This document shows positions 62,869 through 64,000 of a DNA stretch of 64,000 nt, piece by piece. Every line of letters begins with the position of its first letter. Position 1 is the first letter of the stretch. Under the pieces are notes generated by a model that was not told where the DNA came from, did no database searches, and was given only the letters and a program-made list of their open reading frames with translations. The position numbers and the translations under genes are program-made. Source of the DNA: Planctomycetota bacterium (GTDB lineage Bacteria > Planctomycetota > Phycisphaerae > Phycisphaerales > SM1A02); assembly GCA_039796075.1 (NCBI GenBank), contig JBDKKN010000134.1:9484-73483 (forward strand), read 5' to 3'.

Positions 62869-64000
62869 TTATTCCTCGCTCAGCGTTTCGCGGACAACCT
62901 CATCAATGGTTGTCTGACCGTCGTAGATAGAAAGAAGGCCGCACTCGCGCAGGGTGCGCATTCCGTGGCGGCGGCATTCGTGCCCAAGCACCGATGTGCT
63001 GGCCTGGCTCATGATCAATTCGCGCAGCGGATCGGTCATCACCATGATTTCAAAGAGCGCCAGACGTCCCTTGTAGCCACTCTTGTTGCAGCGCTCGCAG
63101 CCGCGGCCGCGGAAGAAGGTTCGACCGCCCACATCTTGCGGACGCATGGCAAGTTCCATGAGTTGCTCTTCGCTGGGGATGAACTCTTCCTTGCAGTTGG
63201 TGCAGATGCGACGCGCGAGACGCTGCGCGACAATCGCCTCCAAGGTTGCGGTGAGCAGGAAGCTCTCCACGCCAAGGTCAAGGAGACGGGCGATACTGGA
63301 CGGCGCGTCATTGGTGTGCAGCGTGGTGAACACCAAGTGACCGGTGAGCGCTGCCTGGATGGAGATCTGCGCCGTCTCCAAGTCACGCACTTCGCCCACC
63401 AGAATGATGTCCGGATCTTGACGAAGGAAGCTGCGCAAGAGCCGCGCGAAGGTGAGTTCCTGATCCACATTCACCTGGCACTGAATCAGACCTTCAATGT
63501 CATATTCCACCGGATCTTCGGCGGTGAGAATCTTGGTCTCAATGTCATTCAACTCATTGAGCGCGGCGTACAGCGAGGTGGTCTTGCCGGAACCCGTGGG
63601 GCCGGTGACGATGACAATTCCGTTGGGCTTGTTGATCAGCGTACGCAACTTCTCTAGGTCGTCATCGCGCAGGCCGATGCGGTCCAGGGAAAGCTGCACG
63701 TTGGAGCGGTCCAGTACACGCAACACCACGCTCTCACCGAACATGGTTGGAAGCACAGCGACGCGCAAGTCAACGGGGCCGGAATCAAGGCTCATTTCCA
63801 CGCGACCGTCCTGCGGCAAGCGGCGTTCCGAAATGTTCAGCTTGGCCAAGACCTTCACGCGGCTCACCAATGGCATCGCCAGTGGCTTGGGCACCGGAAG
63901 CATTTCATAGAGCACGCCGTCAATGCGGTAGCGCACCTTGAACTCGGACTCAAAGGGCTCCATATGAATGTCACTGGCCTTGTCGGCGATGGCCTGCATG
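62869..64000 (-). CDS. gspE: Type II secretion / type IV pilus ATPase GspE/PilB family (N-terminus outside window)
   Basis: ASDIHMEP, RYRIDGVL, LPQDGR, Walker A VTGPTGSGKTTSLYA, the Asp box TAEDPVEY, Walker B DPDIILVGEVRD, the His box TGHLVFTTLHTND, and the tetracysteine CTNC...CERC. The reading frame is still open at the window edge. Confidence 0.95.
   Translation of the reverse strand, partial: MQAIADKASDIHMEPFESEFKVRYRIDGVLYEMLPVPKPLAMPLVSRVKVLAKLNISERRLPQDGRVEMSLDSGPVDLRVAVLPTMFGESVVLRVLDRSNVQLSLDRIGLRDDDLEKLRTLINKPNGIVIVTGPTGSGKTTSLYAALNELNDIETKILTAEDPVEYDIEGLIQCQVNVDQELTFARLLRSFLRQDPDIILVGEVRDLETAQISIQAALTGHLVFTTLHTNDAPSSIARLLDLGVESFLLTATLEAIVAQRLARRICTNCKEEFIPSEEQLMELAMRPQDVGGRTFFRGRGCERCNKSGYKGRLALFEIMVMTDPLRELIMSQASTSVLGHECRRHGMRTLRECGLLSIYDGQTTIDEVVRETLSEE

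Noticed and set aside
61860-63657. 356-aa and 267-aa plus-strand ORFs
   Set aside because: They are antisense to the unambiguous gspF and gspE genes and are shadow ORFs.

Overview
High-GC, densely coding bacterial chromosomal segment with about 52 supportable CDS and 2 tRNA-Arg genes. I saw no rRNA, CRISPR array, transposase, integrase or phage genes. Many gene junctions are 1-4 nt ATGA/GTGA/TGATG overlaps, which suggests translationally coupled operons. The lineage guess is an inference only: Planctomycetota, possibly Phycisphaerae-like. It rests on twin dockerin-like C-terminal modules on secreted proteins, many large prepilin-type proteins, a split nuo operon and weak SD usage. Recognisable housekeeping content is nuoJKLMN, lysA, pgsA-pgpA, tilS, phrB, ubiE/menG, an RluA-type pseudouridine synthase, Nudix, a POT transporter, a CNNM/CorC transporter, M14 and M28 peptidases and an ECF sigma/anti-sigma pair. 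The most unusual locus is on the minus strand at 48969-64000. It is an operon in canonical gspE-F-G-(G')-H-I-J-K order in which every pseudopilin is about 2-6 times the canonical length. It ends in a 2111-aa GspK-like protein, and no gspC/D/L/M lies downstream. Secondary candidates are listed here.
- A translationally coupled MazG -> HIT-SprT-like metalloprotease fusion next to a tRNA.
- A tandem pair of membrane proteins with double-CxxC thioredoxin-like domains, one carrying a MauE/DoxX-type CGCFG motif.
- A stand-alone B12-binding-like protein that has lost the canonical cobalamin and photochemistry residues.
- Several apparent pseudoenzymes: an M14 paralog, an amidohydrolase-2 and a transglutaminase-like protein.
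- His-rich and other insertions in NuoJ, NuoL and NuoM.
All functional calls come from motif recognition by eye. No database search was run.
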